Shown: positions 59,903 to 64,000 of the stretch, one piece after another
How positions within the stretch are numbered: position 1 is the stretch's first letter
How the letters are laid out: each line of letters begins with the position of its first letter
NCBI GenBank assembly: GCA_963805975.1
Contig: CAWDVR010000002.1
Span: 256,001-320,000 of the forward strand
Reading direction: 5' to 3'
DNA: 64,000 nt
Origin: an uncultured Acidobacteriota bacterium
GTDB lineage: Bacteria; Acidobacteriota; Thermoanaerobaculia; Multivoradales; SZUA-115
Program-made: the position numbers and the translations under genes
The notes under the pieces: model-generated
Seen by the model: only the letters and a program-made list of their open reading frames with translations
Database searches by the model: none
What the model was told of the DNA's origin: nothing

Positions 59903-62419
59903 ATGGCCCGCCTGCCATCCATCCGCACTACCGCGGCCCGCGGCCCCGGCGGTGACGTACCAAGCGCGGCCGGCCAGGCCGCGACCCTCGAGGCCGGGCT
60001 CCTCGCCCTGCTCGACGCGGTGGACGCCGCCGTGGTGCTCACCAATCGGGCGCGCGAGATCCTGCGCGTCAACCGCCGCGCCGAGGAGCTCTGGGGTTAT
60101 CCCGAGCGCAAGCTGGTCGGCAAGCCGCTGCAGCTCCTGCTCTCCTTCGAGACCCGGCCCGATCTGTTCCCCCCGGACCGCAAGCGGGGCCAGGACGTCC
60201 TGCCGCCGCCGCTCGCGCTCGAGGGCTACCGCAGTGACGGCGCCGCCTTCCCCGTCGAGGCGCGAATCCACGAGATCCAGCTCGGCTCCGAGCTGCGCTA
60301 CACGATCACCGCCCGCGACGTCTCGCGCGAGCGGGGCCTCGAGCAGCGGCTGCGCCACCTCGAGACGGCGATCGAAGGCATGCCGATCGGGGTGGCGATC
60401 AGCGACCTTGACGGTCGGCTGACCTACGTCAACCCGGCGCTGGCCGCGATGCACGGCGCGAAGCGCGAAGATCTGGTGGGCTCCGAGCTCGCCAAGCTGA
60501 CGCCCGAAGCGCTCCGCGAGGAGGTCGCCTTCCTGCGCCTGATGGAGACCGGCCCCTGGCGCCGCGAGGGCGAGACCCGGCGTCGCGACGGTTCCTCGAT
60601 GCCGGTCGAGATCAGCCCCACCCTGGTCGGTGGACCGAACGGCGAGCCGATCGGCGTCGTCACCCTGCACCAGGACTCGACCGAGAGAAAACGCGCCGAA
60701 GCGGCTCTCAAGGCCAGCGAGGAGCGCTACGCGCTGGCGGTCCGCGGCGCCAACGACGGGCTTTGGGACTGGGACCTGGCGAGCGGCGAGATCTATTTCT
60801 CCGACCGTTGGAAGTCGATGCTGGGCCTCGCCAAGGAGACGCTGGCGCCCTCGCCGACGGAATGGCTGTCCCGTGTCCACCCCGAGGACCGCGGTGCCCT
60901 CGAGGCCGCCATCAAGAGCCATCTCGCGCGGCGCTCGAAGCACCTCGAGAGCGAGCACCGCGTGCTGCACACCGACGGCTCCTATCGCTGGATGCTGGCC
61001 CGCGGCCTCGCGGTCTGGAACGCCCAGGGCAAGGCGCAGCGCATGGCCGGCTCGCAGACCGACGTCACCGATCGCAAGGTGCAGGACCCGCTGACCGGCC
61101 TGCCCAACCGCGCCCTGCTCCTCGACCGGCTGGCGACCGCGCTGGCGCGCGCCAGCCGCCACGAGGACTCCCCGGCCGTCGCCGTGCTGCTGCTCGATCT
61201 CGACCGCTTCAAGGTGGTCAACGACAGCCTGGGGCATGCGCTGGGCGACCAGCTCCTGGTGGCCTTCGCCGCGCGGCTCGCGGGCATCCTGCCGCGAGGC
61301 GAGACGCTCGCCCGCCTGGGTGGCGACGAGTTCGCCATCCTGGTCGACGAGCCCACGGCGGCGGCGGGAGCCGCGAACTTGGCCCAGGCCATCCAGGGCG
61401 AGCTGGCGCGGCCCTTCGAGCTCGCCGGCGAGGAGGTCTACGTCACCACCTCGATCGGCGTCGCCGTGGCGTCGACCAGCGGCGGCGCGCTGCCGGCCGC
61501 CGGCGACCTGTTGCGCGACGCCGACACCGCCATGCACCGCGCCAAGAGCCTGGGCCGCAACCGCTTCCAGGTCTTCTCGCCCAGCCTGCGCGAGGCGGCG
61601 GTGACCCAGCTCCGGCTCGAGACCGACCTGCGCCGGGCCCTCGAGCGCAACGAGCTGGTGCTCTACTACCAGCCCATCGTCTCGCTCGCCGACAACCGCA
61701 TCAGCGGCTTCGAGGCCCTGGTGCGGTGGGACCACCCGGTGCTCGGCCTGCTGCTCCCCGCCGAGTTCATCCCGCTGGCCGAGGAGACCGGCCTGATCGT
61801 GCCGATCGGGCTCTGGGTGCTGCGCCAGGCCTGCTGGCAGGTGCGGCTCTGGCAGCGAGACCACTCGGTCGACGGCCTGGCGATGAGCGTCAACCTGTCG
61901 GCCAAGCAGCTCGCCGAGCCCGACCTCGTGGAGCAGGTGAAGCAGGCGCTGGGAGACGCGGGCCTGGCGCCGTCCCGCCTGCGTCTCGAGATCACCGAGA
62001 GCGCCGTGATCGACAACCAGGAGCAGGCCTTCGCGGTGCTCGAAGCGCTCCGCAAGCTGGGGGCGCACGTGGCGATCGACGACTTCGGCACCGGCTACTC
62101 CTCGCTCTCCTACCTCCACCGCTTCCCCGTCGATTCCCTCAAGATCGACCGCAGCTTCGTCTCCGCCCTGGGCGTCGAGGACCGGAAGGCCGACCTGGTG
62201 CGCGCCATCGTCAGCATGGCTCGCGACATGGGCATCGACGTGGTCGCCGAAGGGGTCGAGACCGGCGAGCAGCTCGCCAGCCTGCGCAAGCTCACCTGCG
62301 ACTACATGCAGGGCTACTGCTTCAGCCGGCCCCTCGACGCCTCCGCCGCCGCCGAGCTGCTGTCGGCGCAGGAGAACGGCGGCACGCGGTTCAAGCTGAA
62401 GCGGGCGAGCCGGCGGTAG
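59903..62419 (+). CDS. PAS x3-GGDEF-EAL c-di-GMP signalling protein
   Basis: PAS/PAC repeats; DPLTGLPNR, RLGGDEF; FEALVRW, DDFGTGYSS, AEGVET; alternative start 59810. Confidence 0.92.
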   Translation: MARLPSIRTTAARGPGGDVPSAAGQAATLEAGLLALLDAVDAAVVLTNRAREILRVNRRAEELWGYPERKLVGKPLQLLLSFETRPDLFPPDRKRGQDVLPPPLALEGYRSDGAAFPVEARIHEIQLGSELRYTITARDVSRERGLEQRLRHLETAIEGMPIGVAISDLDGRLTYVNPALAAMHGAKREDLVGSELAKLTPEALREEVAFLRLMETGPWRREGETRRRDGSSMPVEISPTLVGGPNGEPIGVVTLHQDSTERKRAEAALKASEERYALAVRGANDGLWDWDLASGEIYFSDRWKSMLGLAKETLAPSPTEWLSRVHPEDRGALEAAIKSHLARRSKHLESEHRVLHTDGSYRWMLARGLAVWNAQGKAQRMAGSQTDVTDRKVQDPLTGLPNRALLLDRLATALARASRHEDSPAVAVLLLDLDRFKVVNDSLGHALGDQLLVAFAARLAGILPRGETLARLGGDEFAILVDEPTAAAGAANLAQAIQGELARPFELAGEEVYVTTSIGVAVASTSGGALPAAGDLLRDADTAMHRAKSLGRNRFQVFSPSLREAAVTQLRLETDLRRALERNELVLYYQPIVSLADNRISGFEALVRWDHPVLGLLLPAEFIPLAEETGLIVPIGLWVLRQACWQVRLWQRDHSVDGLAMSVNLSAKQLAEPDLVEQVKQALGDAGLAPSRLRLEITESAVIDNQEQAFAVLEALRKLGAHVAIDDFGTGYSSLSYLHRFPVDSLKIDRSFVSALGVEDRKADLVRAIVSMARDMGIDVVAEGVETGEQLASLRKLTCDYMQGYCFSRPLDASAAAELLSAQENGGTRFKLKRASRR

Positions 62420-62430
62420 GCGCAAGAGTA

Positions 62431-62509
62431 GATTCCCGCTTTCGCGGGAAATGACGGAAGATCGCCTCGCCGCTCCTCGAATTGTCATTCCCGCGAAAGC
62501 GGGAACCCA
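62431..62509. repeat. inverted pair of ATTCCCGCGAAAGCGGGAA (dRS3-like) palindromic repeats
   Basis: GATTCCCGCTTTCGCGGGAAATGAC (62431-62455) and GTCATTCCCGCGAAAGCGGGAACCCA (62484-62509). Confidence 0.7.
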
Positions 62510-62649
62510 TCCTCTCGCACCTCGGCTGGCTTCTCGGCCATCCCATCTCACCATTGCGGAGAGCACCAGTGAATCTATATGCTCGTCAGGCATAAACGAC
62601 GCAGACCCACCACGCGTATCACTCGGCAGTCAATCCAGGAGGCGCATCC

Positions 62650-64000
62650 ATGGTTCAGAGGCGAACGATCGCGAGGCTGGCGGCTGCCGTCATGCTCGTG
62701 TTGGCGGGCGGCGGTCTCGCTGCGCAGGAGCTCCAGGTCAACACCGACACTTCGGGAGATCAGCTCGTACCGGCGGTGGCGTCCCATCCTTCGGGCAGCT
62801 TCGTCGTGGTCTGGCAGACGGCGCGGGAGCCGGGCGCCGCGGTGCCCACCACCATTCGCGCCCGCCGCTTCGGTGCCGACGGCGACCCCCTGGGCGCGGA
62901 CTTCGTGGTCAACTCGACCACCACCGGCTTTCATGGCGAGCCGTCGGTGGCCATGACCCCGGGCGGCGGTTTCGTGGTGGCCTGGCTCAATTTCGTCGAC
63001 TTCTTCCAGCCCGACACCTTCGACATCCGCGCCCGGCGCTTCGCCGCCGACGGCTCGCCGCAGGGAGCGGATTTCCAGGTCAACACCTTCGTGCCCGGCC
63101 GCCAGATCGACCCCGCGGTGGCCGTGCTCGCCAACGGCGAGTTCGTGATCGCCTGGGAGGGCCCCGGCCCGTCGTCGATCGACGTCTCGGACGGCGACGT
63201 CCAGGCCCGGCGCTACTCGGCCGGAGGCGCCGCGCTCGGTGCCGAGGCCCGGGTCAACTCCGTCACCGACGGGCCGCAGGCCGGCACCTCGATCGCCGCC
63301 CTGCCCGGCAACGGCTATCTGATCTCCTGGGGCGGCGAGTCGCTGGGCACGGACCAGTCGTTCGGCAGCGTCCAGGCGCGGCGGTTCAGCGCCGGCGGCG
63401 TGCCCCAGGGAGCCGATTTCCAGGTCAACACTTTCACCGACCGCCGCCAGCACAAGCCCGCGGTGGCGGTGGGCGCCGGCGGCGAGGCGGTCATCGCCTG
63501 GCAGGGTGAGGCCTCGGCAGGCAGTGATCACTCGCTGTCGAGCGCCCACGCGCAGCTCTTTGCCGCGGGTGGAGCCAATGTGGGTCCGGAGCTGCAAACC
63601 AACACCATCACGCTCGGTGCCCAGGACGAGCCCGCGGCGGCCGTGGGCAGCGACGACGCGGTGCTGGTCGCCTGGCACAGCCTCGAGAACCCGCTGGTGG
63701 GCAACCACCAAGTCCGTGGCCGTTTGATCGGTCTCGACGGCACGCCGCGAGGGGCCGAGTTCCCGCTCAACGGCCCCGGCGTCGCCCAGCGCGGGGACGT
63801 GGCCGTGGCGGCGCTCCCGGCCGGCGACTTCGTGGCGGTCTGGTCGGCGGCCATCGGCAACGGGCTGGCCCAGATCCGCGCCCGCCTGCTGACCGGCGAG
63901 TGCGCACCCGGGCCGACTCGGCTGTGCCTGGGCGACGGCCGTTTCCAGGTGGAGACCCGCTGGCGGACCGGGGCCGGGGTCAGCGGAGACGGCCAGGCCG
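62650..64000 (+). CDS. secreted repeat (probable beta-propeller) protein with conserved C-terminal domain, runs off window
   Basis: AGGAGG SD; MVQRRTIARLAAAVMLVLAGGGLAA signal; ~60-aa repeats F.VNT...Q..P.VA...G.FVV.W; then CAPGPTRLCLGDGRFQV; missing from the ORF track because it has no stop in the window. Confidence 0.8.
   Translation, partial: MVQRRTIARLAAAVMLVLAGGGLAAQELQVNTDTSGDQLVPAVASHPSGSFVVVWQTAREPGAAVPTTIRARRFGADGDPLGADFVVNSTTTGFHGEPSVAMTPGGGFVVAWLNFVDFFQPDTFDIRARRFAADGSPQGADFQVNTFVPGRQIDPAVAVLANGEFVIAWEGPGPSSIDVSDGDVQARRYSAGGAALGAEARVNSVTDGPQAGTSIAALPGNGYLISWGGESLGTDQSFGSVQARRFSAGGVPQGADFQVNTFTDRRQHKPAVAVGAGGEAVIAWQGEASAGSDHSLSSAHAQLFAAGGANVGPELQTNTITLGAQDEPAAAVGSDDAVLVAWHSLENPLVGNHQVRGRLIGLDGTPRGAEFPLNGPGVAQRGDVAVAALPAGDFVAVWSAAIGNGLAQIRARLLTGECAPGPTRLCLGDGRFQVETRWRTGAGVSGDGQA

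Overview
GC-rich (~70%) bacterial chromosomal segment, probably Acidobacteriota (Thermoanaerobaculia-like; inferred only from gene content and a shared secreted-protein C-terminal domain). It contains: de novo NAD genes (nadA-nadB-nadC) with a NadQ-type regulator and operator; rtcB; a CheW-less, CheA-like membrane sensor kinase with CheY, CheX and an MHYT protein; potABCD, divergent from a KamA + 2 ATP-grasp + GNAT cluster; an M16 peptidase pair; a low-GC gene fusing a PfkB-like domain to an AAA ATPase; a ~16.5 kb aroDE-hisZGDCBHAF(IE)-trpEGDCFBA supraoperon; two VapBC-type TA modules; serC, UbiD, M20 and S8 peptidases, a PAS-GGDEF-EAL protein and several secreted proteins. The best finding is an unannotated 27-aa leader peptide (MTILRLPACAAAELVARGWHWHAHPKV) upstream of the supraoperon. 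It is followed by mutually exclusive antiterminator and terminator hairpins, which makes it a candidate attenuator sensing both Trp and His. hisC, hisD and the S8 gene carry single-base insertions that are most likely sequencing errors. No rRNA, tRNA, CRISPR array or transposase was seen.
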